A DNA stretch of 64,000 bases from Octopus bimaculoides (taxonomy: Eukaryota), in contig NC_068988.1 of the NCBI RefSeq assembly GCF_001194135.2, positions 16,204,609 to 16,268,608 of the forward strand, written 5' to 3'. Shown here piece after piece: positions 38,161-50,840 of the stretch. A program made the translations under genes and the position numbers. The stretch's first letter is position 1; each line of letters starts with the position of its first letter. The notes beneath the pieces were generated by a model that saw nothing but the letters and a program-made list of their open reading frames with translations, made no database searches and was not told the DNA's origin.

Positions 38161-39372
38161 ATATGTACGTGTGTGTGTGTGCATTAGTTTGGTTGTGTGC
38201 ATATATCTCGACACAGCCAATCAAATAGTGGAGTCAGAACATCATGTAAGAAAAGATATTGTGTTTCACTTTTCTTTATTTCCACATTAATTCTAAGCAT
38301 TGTTTCTTATAATTTTGTTACAAAACATACTGAAAATAACGATAAAATGCATATTTATTCGTAAAACATTCAGATTCGTATGAACAGAAACATGCTAATC
38401 GCTGTTGTGTTGGTCGTCGACCATTTGTTCACAAACCACAGATGAATCTAGTGTCTGAGAAACACAAAGCTGTCGTAAAGGAGATGTTCTCTTCTAACGA
38501 ACACAACATATCTCCTTCGTTCGAACCTACCAGAACTTATTCAGGATAGATACCCTAGTCATCGTTTCGATTCTCTCTGTTCACCGTGCAAATAACGATT
38601 TATACTCAAAATATTTGTCGTCACTTCCAGCTATGCAAAATATATGTTAAGTTAAACACCAGTCCATTGTGAAACTACCACGTGATATTTAATCGATACC
38701 ACTGCATAGCTATTGACAATCAGTAGGTTTTGTCTTCTACGTTTATATCTCAATTAAAAACTCGCTTTCATATTCGTACCCGCATAGTTTAAACATTCCT
38801 GCTTTTATTTTCTCTGCTGTTTATTTCCTGTGTATCTGCCTCTACTCTTTCCTGTGTACTGATGCGCATTAATACAACAGATCTACAGATAAGCGCGATC
38901 ATTTAACATAGTATCTGTCACATCTACCTTTCTTAAATTCTATTGGTTCTGCTAGGTTTTATACTGGAGCAAATTATTGATATTAAAAGCCAATGTATAT
39001 ATTGATTTGTACCAAAAGAAGCAGAATGCATTCATAAAACCACGGAAACTGTGAGAGAAAGAGAGCGAAAAGAGAGGGTGAGCAATATAAAGAGAACCGT
39101 TACTTATAGTTCAAAGCAATTGTAATCGATTAGGGTGCTGCAGATCAGCCATAAACCTCAGCTGGTTATTTCCTGGTGTATGTGTGGCTTTTTTTTATGG
39201 GATGAAATGTGCACCGTGAATCCCCCCATTGGCATATGCCTGCACCTTTATTGTATGTATATATGAGTTGCTATCTGTCTGTCTGTTTGTATGTATGTAT
39301 GCATGTATGTATGTATCAATGCATCTATGTATATGTGCATGTATGCATGTGTCTATGTGGGCGCAAGTGTGA

Positions 39373-39423
<51 letters not shown>

Positions 39424-39476
39424 TATATATCTATATCTATACAAATTTCCCTATATGACTCTGTCTATACTGAGCG

Positions 39477-39872
39477 AGAGTGGAGGCGCAATGGCCCAGT
39501 GGTTAGGGCAGTGGACTCGCGGTCATATGACCGCGGTTTCGATTCCCAGACCGGGCGTTGTGAGTGTTTATTGAGCGAAAACACCTAAAAGCTCCACGAC
39601 GCTCCGGCAGGGGATGGTGGCGAACCCTGCTGTACTCTTCTACCACAACTTTCTCTCACTCTTACTTCTTATTTCTGTTGTACCTGTATATTTAAAGGGC
39701 CAGCCTTGTCACACTGTGTCACGCTGAATCTCCCCGAGAACTACGTTAAGGGTACACGTGTCTGTGGAGTGCTCAGCCACTTGCACGTTAATTTCACGAG
39801 CAGGCTGTTCTGTTGATCGGATCAACTGGAATCCTCGTCGTCGTAAGCGACGGAGTGCCAACTTAACTTACT
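39477..39872 (+). mobile_element. SINE family B, full-length, with an 11-bp target-site duplication
   Basis: A box ggcccagtggttagg, B box ggtttcgattcc, short-repeat tail acttaacttact; TSD tatactgagcg at 39466-39476 and 39873-39883. Confidence 0.9.
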
Positions 39873-40062
39873 TATACTGAGCGGGGGAGAGATAGAGATA
39901 GGAAGGAAAAAGAGAAGGGGGATATGCGTGAATGGGCAAAACTTTCGAGTGTGTGTTTTCAGTAACACACATTTTTAGTCCCAGCTTATAAAAAAAAGCT
40001 AGATGCTGTGTTTCGACCACATTATTTTTTTTTGTGTTGCCATAAGAAGAGATTAATTTGAC

Positions 40063-40886
40063 AGGTTGCATTATTTATAGCCACTTCATCAGTGATCGGT
40101 TGCTAATTGCTCCGATCACAGAAAGAACTACGTCTCGTTGCTATTTATAACATGCAGAAATCGGTTAGAATTAAATTAGTTTCCTAGTAATTCAAACAAG
40201 AGTGCAGACGCTTAAAACGGAAATAAATTCATTAATAGAGACAACGCACGGGGTGAGAATAAGGGTGATGTAAGTTAAAATTACGATTATGTACTTTTAG
40301 TAAAAAAAACATACACGTTTTTAAAGAAAAGCTACAGATTTTCTTCTCTCTGTTTGGTGATATAACATAATCAAACTATATATTTCTAAAGTTACTGCGT
40401 ATCTATCAGAGATCATTTACTCGTTTTTAGAACGTTAGAGAAGACTGCAACATATAGCTACCAAAACTAATCATATAGATATTTTTCGAGGTGACAGAGA
40501 GAAATAATTTTAACGATGTTTAAATTTAGGTGTTTATTCAAGTAAGCGTTCCTACGTTTGGCTTACATCTCAGTTTATCTCAGCGTATGTAGTGCTTTTA
40601 TTATTAAGCATACACACACACACACACATCTCAGACTCACTCTGTGTATATATATATATATATATATATGCGTGAATTAAGAAACGGTGCAGTTTTGTAA
40701 TAGGTTGCATTATTTATAACCACTTCACGAGTGATCGGTTGCTAATTGCTCCGATCACAGATAGAACAGCATCTCGTTGCTATTTATAACAAGCACAAAT
40801 CGGTTAGAATTAAATTAGTGTTCTAGTAATGAAAGTAAGAGTGCAAACGCTTAAAACAGGAATACATTCCTTAATAGAGACAGCAC
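40063..40886 (+). repeat. Local direct repeat pair of ~186 bp (40063-40249 and 40702-40886)
   Basis: About 85% identical by eye, no assembly gap between the copies, and a shared hairpin GTGATCGG...CCGATCAC. Confidence 0.9.
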
Positions 40887-41149
40887 CATATACTAATTAT
40901 AGAAAATAGTCTAATATTAGACTAACGGAAAAAAATAGGCATACGCACGCTTAGGAATCGAATCCATACCTCTTATTTTCGCGATAAAAGTGTTGATTAA
41001 TTACACCAACATACCCACCCTTTTTAATCCGCTATAGGGTTTTATATGCTCACACCTAAGTATAGTTCCCACGTGTACAACTGTCCATTTTCTTCCCCCC
41101 TTACTAGGATTTATGTGCCATGAAATTCGGTTCAAATTTTGAAACAAGG

Positions 41150-41342
41150 CTAGTAAGTTCGTGGGAAAGCGGTAAGTCGAGTACATCAATCACAGAGCTC
41201 AATTGCTACTTATTTCATCGATTCCGAAAGGATCAAAGGCAAAATCGACCCCGACAATATCTGAACTCAGAACTTAAAGGTGGATGGAATACCGCAATTA
41301 TTTTGCCCGTTGTGCTAACAAATCTGCCAACTTGCTACCTTT
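41150..41342 (-). mobile_element. SINE family E
   Basis: Reverse-complement homology to 10300-10480. Confidence 0.7.
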
Positions 41343-41374
41343 TTATAGGGCATCATATAAGTTTCAATTTTTCA

Positions 41375-41570
41375 CCCAAGACTTTGGGAGATTGGGCAAG
41401 TCGATTACATCGATCCCAGTGGTCAACTGTAATTTGTTTTATCGACCCCAAAATGATTAAGGGCAAAAATCGACCTAAGCAAAATTTGATCTCAGAAACT
41501 AAAAACGGACGAAATACCACTAAGCATTTTGCTGAAACGGTGACGCTTTTGCCAGTGTGCCGTCATTTTA
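41375..41570 (-). mobile_element. SINE family E (adjacent second copy)
   Basis: Reverse-complement homology to 10300-10480 and 41150-41342. Confidence 0.7.
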
Positions 41571-41892
41571 TAAGCCATAATACTCGACGATTTTCTAAAT
41601 TCAGTGTAGTGTGAGAGCTTACAATTCTATTTACAAAATTTCACTCGCTTGCGTTTCCTAATTTCCGCAGAACTCGCATGTGTTTACCCATAAAAGACTA
41701 TGAAATCAGAGTTCCTCTCACTAGACAGACATGTTAGTGCAATCGGTCAGCACACTTATTGCGAAAATTAGATTCTGATATCACTGAGAAAAATATATTC
41801 TCAATTATTTAAATAATTTAATCTCATGACTCTTAGAAAGACAGGTCTGTAATTTCTGGTTGAATAATCTACACTACATACACCAAATGGAA

Positions 41893-42060
41893 ATTACCTG
41901 TGCAGGTGCACGGTGCTGTGTCACACGACAAGTGTCGAAGTGATCACAGAGCAGCTTGAGATGTTATGCCTAAGAACTCAACACATCGCGTGGTCCGGGC
42001 ATCGAATACACGATTTTGCAAGTGCAACTCCTTAAGCAGTAGGCCATGCGCCATCTTCTC
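41893..42060 (-). mobile_element. tRNA-derived SINE fragment, family G
   Basis: Minus strand shows ggcgcatggcctactgcttaagg (A-box-like), gtattcgatgccc (B-box-like), then gctctgtgatcacttcgacac. Confidence 0.55.
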
Positions 42061-42100
42061 TCAATTACAAATATTATATATATGTATGTTATATATATAC

Positions 42101-42145
<45 letters not shown>

Positions 42146-42571
42146 AGTTATTGTATATATTAATATTATCTCAGTTTAAAAATACTTCGAAAATGTAAAT
42201 ATGTTAGCAGTTACCATGGGTAGTAAAAATTACACAAAAAAAAACCAGTATATCACACCCGTTTTATAGGTAGAGATACCAAGGTAAAGTGATACATTTT
42301 GAGTNNNNNNNNNNTATATATATATATGGATATATGAATGTAAAATCCAAGGATGAAGGTGTAGGAAGAAAGTGAGCTTGGAACAATCCGTAGATAATAT
42401 AAAATAACAACTTTCAGGAACAACAATTTTTTATTGGTGTGGAAAGTTGTGAATTTTTCCCGTACCGAAGTACGATAAGGTGATAAAAAAAGCAACTTTT
42501 TATTTCACGGTTGGCAGCCAGGATTACTGGGTATGCGAATATAAATGCAAGAATTAAGGAATGGAGCAGAT

Positions 42572-42877
42572 AAAAACCGGGTTACATATGTTTCATAGCG
42601 AGCAGAATCTCAGAAGTAGTAATAACCCAAGCGAGGTGTATACCGTAGGCTACTCTTCAGACCAAGGGTATCTTGATAAATTGAAGTTTAGCTTTGTTAT
42701 TAGGAGCCCCGTTTTAACACACGGAGAATTCGATCAGAATCTAATCTTAACGACAAAGTAAACTTCGTATAATCAGGAAATCTTTGGCCTGAAATGTATC
42801 CTGCAGTATACACCTCGCTTGGATATGCGCTACTTCTGAGGTTACGCTACCTATGAAACATATGTAGCCCCGATTTT
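42572..42877. mobile_element. MITE with ~72-bp imperfect terminal inverted repeats
   Basis: 42572-42643 versus the reverse complement of 42806-42877 share tacatatgtttcatag, ctcagaagtag and ccaagcgaggtgtatac. Confidence 0.75.
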
Positions 42878-42904
42878 AACTACTCTATTCGTTAACTCTT
42901 GGAT

Positions 42905-43064
42905 ATATATACGACGCGCTTCTTTCTGTTTCCGTCTACCAAATCATCTCACAAGGCTTTGGGCGGCCCGTGGCTATAGTATAAGACACTTGCACAATGT
43001 GCCACGTATTGAGACAGAACCCAGAAAAAAGTGGTTGGGAAGCAAGCTGACTACACAATCACAT
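42905..43064 (-). mobile_element. SINE family A 5' half, head-to-head with the next copy
   Basis: Reverse-complement homology to 33122-33290. Confidence 0.8.
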
Positions 43065-43079
43065 ACTAAAACATACAAA

Positions 43080-43481
43080 GGCACAGGAGTGGCTGTGTAG
43101 TAAGTAGCTTGCTTACCAACCACATGGTTCCGGGTTCAGTGGCACCTTGGGCAAGTGTCTTCTACTATAGCCTCGGGCCGACCAAAGCCTTGTGAGTGGA
43201 TTTGGTAGACGGAAACTGAAAGAAGCCCGTCGTATATATGTACGTGTATATATATGTGCGTGTGTGTGTGTTCGTGTGTCTGTGTTTGTCCCCCCAACAT
43301 CGCTTGACAACCGATGCTGGTGTGTTTACGTCCCCGTAACTTAGCGGTTCCGCAAAAGAGACCGATAGAACAAGTACTACGCTTACAAAGAATAAGTCCT
43401 GGGGTGGATTTGCTCGACTAAAGGCGGTGATCCAGCATGGCCGCAGTCAAATGACTGAAACAAGTAAAAGAGTAAAGAGAG
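43080..43481 (+). mobile_element. SINE family A, near-intact (10-bp deletion in the head)
   Basis: Nearly identical to 33122-33518 except that it lacks cccactgcgt. Confidence 0.9.
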
Positions 43482-44696
43482 TATAGACATACAAGCAAGC
43501 TAACAAACATACACATTTGCAATTGATTACATATTAAGACCCCTCCCCGACACACGTCTGATCGCACGTATAAACACCTATATATACACACTCGCATTTA
43601 ACACTGAAGTGCTATGCAACAAAACGATGGAAGCATTTTAATGTAAATGAGTTCTGGCCGGCACTGACAGAAATTCTCTCTATATACTTGCATACACACA
43701 TATATAAAGTCAGAGTGAGTGTGTACGTGTGTATATGTGTGTGTATGTATGTGTGTGTGTGTGTGAGAGAGGGAGGGGGGAGAGGAAGAGAGAGGGAGAG
43801 AGGTTGATTCATAGATACGTAGCTAGACAAATTTATGTGTGTATGAATGTGTGTGAGTGTAAGCGAATTGAAGTGTGTGAGTGTGTGCCTGTGTCTTTGT
43901 GTGCGTCTATGTGACTGTTTGCGTGTTTGTGCGTTTGTGTTTGGTGTGCGGTTTTCCTGGAAGCTTAACTAAGCCAGTTCAATGGAAAGGAAAACATAGA
44001 ACAAAATAGCTAGCCTACATATTCAATACATCAGAAGTCTGTAAAAACGCTTGATCCAACATTATGTTGTCATCGCAGTCTGTAAACTCCAGGCAGGATC
44101 TCGTTTCTGTTTGAAATTATTTCACTTTAAATTTTATAGCGCTAAATGTTCGAATATGTCAGCAAACTATTAATGTCATCATATGTGAATTACACTCTCA
44201 TAAATTTTCAAGCTACCGTTCTGTTTTAGAATTTATTTTAATACTGAATGCATGTGACAGGAAAACACACGGTTCCAACAATACCAACGCTAGTTACTAC
44301 AACCACAACAACAGTTGTAACGAGAACAATTATAACAGAAGCAACAACGCCAGTAACATGAATATTATCTAGAGAGAAGATTATAAGTGTTCGCTTTGCT
44401 TCGTTAGTGCAACGTTTAATGTTTGGTTGTTTTGCATCGTCAGAGATAGGAGAAAATCTGTTATGAGGGCGAGTAAACGATTTTTCGCCGTGCCAGGAGT
44501 TGTCAGAACGAAGTGAAATTCTTTTATATGCTACAGTGTTCACCAGGAGATTTTCTTTTTTAATGCTCTGTATATATGGTATTTTGGACAGTCTGAGGCC
44601 GGTGAGATCGATGCATTGATCAGTTAGAAGTTGAGGTTTGCAGGAGACGCATTGGTTACAGACGGAAATTAGAAGTATGAGTTTTTGGCTAAAATG

Positions 44697-45079
44697 TTGT
44701 TGGCACTCCGTCGTCTATGACGTCGAGGGTTCCAGTTGATCCGATCAACGGAACAGCCTGCTCGTGAAATTAACGTGCAAGTGGCTGAGCACTCCACAGA
44801 CACGTGTACCCTTAACGTAGTTCTCGGGGATATTCAGCGTGACACAGTGTGACAAGGCTGACCCTTTGAATTACAGGTACAACAGAAACAGGAAGTAAGG
44901 GTGAGAGAAAGTTGTGGCGAAAGAGTGCAGTAGGGTTCGCCGCCATCCCCTGCCGGAGCTTCGTGGAGCTTTAGGTGTTTTCGCTCAATAAACACTCACA
45001 ACGCCCGGTCTGGGAATCGAAACCGCGATCCTATAACCGCGAGTCCGCTTCACTTACCACTGGGCCACTGCGCCTCCTC
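44697..45079 (-). mobile_element. SINE family B, full-length, with an 11-bp target-site duplication
   Basis: Reverse-complement homologue of 39477-39872; TSD tggctaaaatg at 44686-44696 and 45080-45090. Confidence 0.9.
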
Positions 45080-45284
45080 TGGCTAAAATGGAGAGAGTAA
45101 ATTAGTTATTGTGAAGCCTGAGGAAGGTAGTGGTAGACTCGCTATGTTTGACACGAGATAGGGAAACCATTGACTTAAGTGCTCCTGAGCACGGTGATCT
45201 CTGCAGTAATGACCACTGTTTGTTAGTCTATGACGTTTCTGTAATTTCTTGTACTGATGATTCATTTGGTGTTCACCAGCAAGT

Positions 45285-45612
45285 TACTCTCTTTACTCTT
45301 TCTATCTTTTACTTGTTTCAGTCATTTGACTGCGGCAACGCTGGAGCACCGCCTTTAGTCGAGAAAATCGACCCCAGGACTTATTCTTTGTAAGCCTAGT
45401 ACTTATTATATCGGTTACTTTTTGCCGAACCGCTAACTTAATATATATATGCGTACATACGATGGGCTTCTTTCAGTTTTCGTCTACCAAATCCACTCAC
45501 AAAGCTTTGGTCGGCCCGAGGCTATAGTAGAAGACACTTGCCCAAGGTGCCACGCAGTGGGTCTGAACCCGGAATCATGTGGTTGGTAAGCAAGCTACTT
45601 ACCACACAGTCA
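45285..45612 (-). mobile_element. SINE family A with a central deletion
   Basis: Both halves match 33122-33518; the segment around the internal microsatellite is missing. Confidence 0.85.
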
Positions 45613-45640
45613 CTAAATGTCTGTTAAAGTCTGTCATACC

Positions 45641-45680
45641 GGCCATGACGAAGGGAAATAGCCCTGAAACTCGAGTCGCC
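45641..45680 (+). ncRNA. Degenerate minimal type-I hammerhead ribozyme motif
   Basis: GGC-C(A)TGACGA-AGGG.AAATAG.CCCT-GAAA-C.TCGA.G-TC-GCC; one extra base sits in the CUGANGA core. Confidence 0.55.
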
Positions 45681-48442
45681 TTTATATATTTATATTTATA
45701 TATTTGATCCTATATATTGAACACTCAATATTTCATCTACATTCAGTACTTTATTTCATGGTGCCATCCATTTTTATTTTATTTTATTTTATATTATATA
45801 TTGTATATTATATTATATATTGTATATTATATTATATATTGTATATTCCATATTCTATACCCNNNNNNNNNNNNNNNNNNNNNNNNNNNNNNNNNNNNNN
45901 NNNNNNNNNNNNNNNNNNNNNNNNNNNNNNNNNNNNNNNNNNNNNNNNNNNNNNNNNNNNNNNNNNNNNNNNNNNNNNNNNNNNNNNNNNNNNNNNNNNN
46001 NNNNNNNNNNNNNNNNNNNNNNNNNNNNNNNNNNNNNNNNNNNNNNNNNNNNNNNNNNNNNNNNNNNNNNNNNNNNNNNNNNNNNNNNNNNNNNNNNNNN
46101 NNNNNNNNNNNNNNNNNNNNNNNNNNNNNNNNNNNNNNNNNNNNNNNNNNNNNNNNNNNNNNNNNNNNNNNNNNNNNNNNNNNNNNNNNNNNNNNNNNNN
46201 NNNNNNNNNNNNNNNNNNNNNNNNNNNNNNNNNNNNNNNNNNNNNNNNNNNNNNNNNNNNNNNNNNNNNNNNNNNNNNNNNNNNNNNNNNNNNNNNNNNN
46301 NNNNNNNNNNNNNNNNNNNNNNNNNNNNNNNNNNNNNNNNNNNNNNNNNNNNNNNNNNNNNNNNNNNNNNNNNNNNNNNNNNNNNNNNNNNNNNNNNNNN
46401 NNNNNNNNNNNNNNNNNNNNNNNNNNNNNNNNNNNNNNNNNNNNNNNNNNNNNNNNNNNNNNNNNNNNNNNNNNNNNNNNNNNNNNNNNNNNNNNNNNNN
46501 NNNNNNNNNNNNNNNNNNNNNNNNNNNNNNNNNNNNNNNNNNNNNNNNNNNNNNNNNNNNNNNNNNNNNNNNNNNNNNNNNNNNNNNNNNNNNNNNNNNN
46601 NNNNNNNNNNNNNNNNNNNNNNNNNNNNNNNNNNNNNNNNNNNNNNNNNNNNNNNNNNNNNNNNNNNNNNNNNNNNNNTCATCAGCTACCCCCGTTTTAA
46701 CACCGGCGTTTCGAAGAGCTGACACACATACATACGTATGTGTGTGTGTGATTTTTTTTCCCTTTAGAATTACTTTTTGCAACCATAACTGATAGAAAAG
46801 ACGTGTCTCATTTAATCTGTTGCGTTATTGGAGATTTTCATTTTAAAAATAAAGTAACCAAAATACTAGCTATCTTTTCTTATTAAAATCATATAAAATA
46901 TTTTTGTCTGCTGCTACTCAACAAATTCATTTCTTCGTCATCCTTTTTTCCTTCGTTTATTGAACCAAATCCGCGTCTACTCCTTCACTTCCTATTATCA
47001 AATCTGTCTCACACTCTCAGTGTCTCTCCATCTATCCACCTCATTTTCTTGATTTTTATTTTACCTTTTAGACAATCTCACTCTCTCTTTCTCTGTCTGT
47101 ATGTTTGTCTGACTGTCTGTCTGATTCTTTCTGTTTTTCTATCTGTCTGTTTCTGTCTCTCTCTGTTTCTGTCTCTCTCTGTCTCACTCTCCCCCCTCTC
47201 TCTCTCTCTCTCTGTTGTCTTTTAATAAAAAAAAATTGATAACTTTTTACCGTTTGTCTGGTGCTACCATTTCTATTTCGCCGTCGTCTCCCTGTCATAC
47301 GCTCTCTATCATTTCAGAATATCTATATCTCTTCAAATTCTATTGTTTCTCTTAATGCCTCTAATTCTCTCACTTTTTTCTGTCTGTCCGTCTGGTTTTC
47401 TTTCTCTCTCCCTCTATTCTCTCGTTTTCATAGAATAACGTTTTATATTTACTTCAATTACCGTCAAATATTTCTCCCATAGGACTCCTTAATGCCAATG
47501 CAGATACATTGATATTCGCAACACGTAGTTGAAATTATTATTTAGCTTTCCCATGGCATAATATATAGTGACTGATTCATACAACAGTTACAAGAGTAGA
47601 CACAAACATGCTCCTGTATCTAACTTTACACACTATTGCTTCATCTCAAGTTATAAGCAGACACCCTAACGTAGTTTAGTTCCCTATACTTCGTTCTGTT
47701 TTATGTATCATATATCATTCTCTTTTAGTTTATATTCGGTGCTTGCATCTTAGTTTATTCCGCTCAAACATGATTTAGTTGATCGTATATCCTTGTTTTT
47801 CAAAGATAACAATCCCAGTAAGTTTGAATATCAGTTAAACGTAAAGTAATATATTTTATATCTATTCCATTTTGTTTTGATTCAATCTAGGATTGGTGTG
47901 AGAAAGTACACATATGATTACAGGCCTCACACATCTACTACATGATCCGATATCTATTTAGATACTGTATATTAAGGACTACGGTATCCGATGTGCTGCT
48001 TAAAAAAGACATGGTTTGAGAAAAATATATCTGTTCTTTGTTGGAGGTCAAGCGATCAGGCAGACGTTTAGGTGGCGGTTATATTGTAATAATCCCTACA
48101 GTTGTAATGAAATTATAGGTTTATAACTGCAAGAAAGTTAAAGGCTATATGTATATATTCGTATCTGATTATATGGAAACATGTACATATAGTGTGACTA
48201 TCCTTCGAGTTTTATTTCTTCTCGAGAAAGTTCAAGTCAGTTCCTAACAAAGCAACAAGACATTTTGAGTTAAGAGAGAGATATCATAAATGTATAAGTG
48301 GGCAGACATAGATCTATATGTGTATGTGTGTCTACATGTCGGTGGGTGTTACTATGTGTTTGTACGTATGTGGTTGAGTTGGTGTGGTGGTTGAACTGTT
48401 AATGCATACACCTAAGTATGTGCATCTATTTACCTAAGAATC

Positions 48443-48635
48443 TTATATGGAAAATTTTCGGAATGTCTTGCAAATTTTCACTATACCACCAATAGATTGG
48501 ATTTGAAGAATCTGCTTTGGTTTATTTTGCTCTTTATCCGCGATACCGAGTACTTCTAGGTCTTTACGCAAATTTATTGTTACATGACCTAATGTACCTA
48601 TGATGACAGATACTAATGAAAATGCATAACCTGGG
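48443..48635 (-). mobile_element. C-terminal fragment of an R4-like REL non-LTR element (different subfamily)
   Basis: VSVIIGTLGHV...LEVLGI...LQIQSIGGIVKICKTFRKF* parallels the PVVIGALG...GTAHILRK C-terminus. Confidence 0.5.
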
Positions 48636-49255
48636 TATGTATGTATGTATATATGTATGTATATATATATGTATGTATGCAATAATGCTTTTATGTATTT
48701 AGATATTGTGTCTATGTATGTGCCTGTGTGCTTCATTCAAATAGTTTATATTTAGTGAAATTTACCGTAAAAGCAGCTAAGCTGAAAACGTTGTTCATGT
48801 ATAGATATGTTGGTTTCATACTGTCTCTTTTTATTATTCAGAGTATCCACCATCTTAGATGTGGTTTTTTGTTAACGGTGTTATTTTTCACTGATAAAAG
48901 GACGCCATTTACTGAATTAAAAATATATTCCGTGGCGACATTCCAGTAGACTAAGAATAAAACAAAAAAATTAAAACTGGCAGAAATATAGCACGCCTTT
49001 TATCATTTAGCAACATACATTTTCATAAATATATCTGATAGGTAAATGTGCTTGGAATAAGTTCTGAGAAATGTGCATAGTAACACCCACCGACATGTAC
49101 ACTCTTATACAGACACAAATACACGCACAGATGTATGTCTGCCTACACAGAGAAACCCATACATATATACGTGTCTTTTTATGATCTTATACATTTATGA
49201 TATCTCTCTCTCCTTCTCTGTCTCCACAAACATATATATACGTATGCATATTTAT

Positions 49256-49296
<41 letters not shown>

Positions 49297-49388
49297 TGCA
49301 TATATTGATAGTAATGGTAAGACAACAAAAGAAGGAAAGAGACCTCGATATTATGTAAATATAGGAATTTATCTGTAATATATATGCA

Positions 49389-49457
<69 letters not shown>

Positions 49458-50310
49458 TTATATATATAAATACACATACATATATACATATATGCATACA
49501 TATATATATATGTGTGTGTATGTGTGTGTGTGTGTGTATACAGATACAGAGTGAGAGAGAAAGAGGGACATAGATAGATAGAGAGACAGACAGTGAGGGC
49601 GTGAAAGCGTTGTGTATTTACTGTTATGCGAGTCAAGTATTGTGCATGTAAACATAGATATATATAAGTGTAAGTATGCACAATTTTATGCATGTTTGTA
49701 TATATATATATATATATGTATATATNNNNNNNNNNNNNNNNNNNNNNNNNNNNNNNNNNNNNNNNNNNNNNNNNNNNNNNNNNNNNNNNNNNNNNNNNNN
49801 NNNNNNNNNNNNNNNNNNNNNNNNNNNNNNNNNNNNNNNNNNNNNNNNNNNNNNNNNNNNNNNNNNNNNNNNNNNNNNNNNNNNNNNNNNNNNNNNNNNN
49901 NNNNNNNNNNNNNNNNNNNNNNNNNNNNNNNNNNNNNNNNNNNNNNNNNNNNNNNNNNNNNNNNNNNNNNNNNNNNNNNNNNNNNNNNNNNNNNNNNNNN
50001 NNNNNNNNNNNNNNNNNNNNNNNNNNNNNNNNNNNNNNNNNNNNNNNNNNNNNNNNNNNNNNNNNNNNNNNNNNNNNNNNNNNNNNNNNNNNNNNNNNNN
50101 NNNNNNNNNNNNNNNNNNNNNNNNNNNNNNNNNNNNNNNNNNNNNNNNNNNNNNNNNNNNNNNNNNNNNNNNNNNNNNNNNNNNNNNNNNNNNNNNNNNN
50201 NNNNNNNNNNNNNNNNNNNNNNNNNNNNNNNNNNNNNNNNNNNNNNNNNNNNNNNNNNNNNNNNNNNNNNNNNNNNNNNNNNNNNNNNNNNNNNNNNNNN
50301 NNTATATATA

Positions 50311-50600
50311 TATATATGGAAAATACTAGGGAGTCTGGTGCGAAACTTTGGCCTCGACTCTTATACCAGACCCCGAACAGGACACCAAAGTACTACTCTA
50401 AATGTTTTGCATATCCCATATACACTGAAGACCAGCTACTGCAAGAGCATGGGATTCAAAGGGCCACATCAATTATCTTCCAAATGATGTGGGGTAGATA
50501 TTTTCAAGAATAACCTTAACCTCCTGCTGCTTGCTATCCCAGATGAACTTACGTCATTGCAACAAGCTCAAACGGAATGGCCATTGAAAAGATGAACATA
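50311..50600 (+). mobile_element. CR1-like LINE ORF2 3' fragment
   Basis: YIWKILGSLVRNFG...RTG...YCKSMGFKGP...FKNNL...IPDELTS resembles the CR1 post-RT C-terminus. Confidence 0.65.
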
Positions 50601-50717
50601 CAGGCAGTGCTCCATCATTTCCTCAACATTTAGGGCGAAACAGAGGAAACAATAAAACTAGATTAAAGAATGAAATATGTCTGTTTCCTTTCGATGCTTC
50701 AACGTTAGGGAGTTTGT

Positions 50718-50840
50718 AAATCTGGATATGGATGCAAGTTTTAGCAAATTAAACCTCGTCAGAATTTGAACACATTTTGTAAAGGTAGACGAAATGCCAA
50801 TAAGTGTACGAATGATTTTACCAGCTCGCTACCTTACTTC
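50718..50840 (-). mobile_element. SINE family E 5' remnant
   Basis: aacctcgtcagaatttgaac...agacgaaatgcc...ccagctcgctacctt. Confidence 0.55.

Noticed and set aside
38555-38590. Second GTGAACA...GAAAC motif on the minus strand
   Set aside because: No stem I and no properly placed NUH triplet, so it does not fold as a hammerhead.
44238-44543. 101-aa minus-strand ORF with a hydrophobic, TM-like stretch
   Set aside because: The hydrophobic part derives from a degenerate (ACA)n tract; no homology or splice support.
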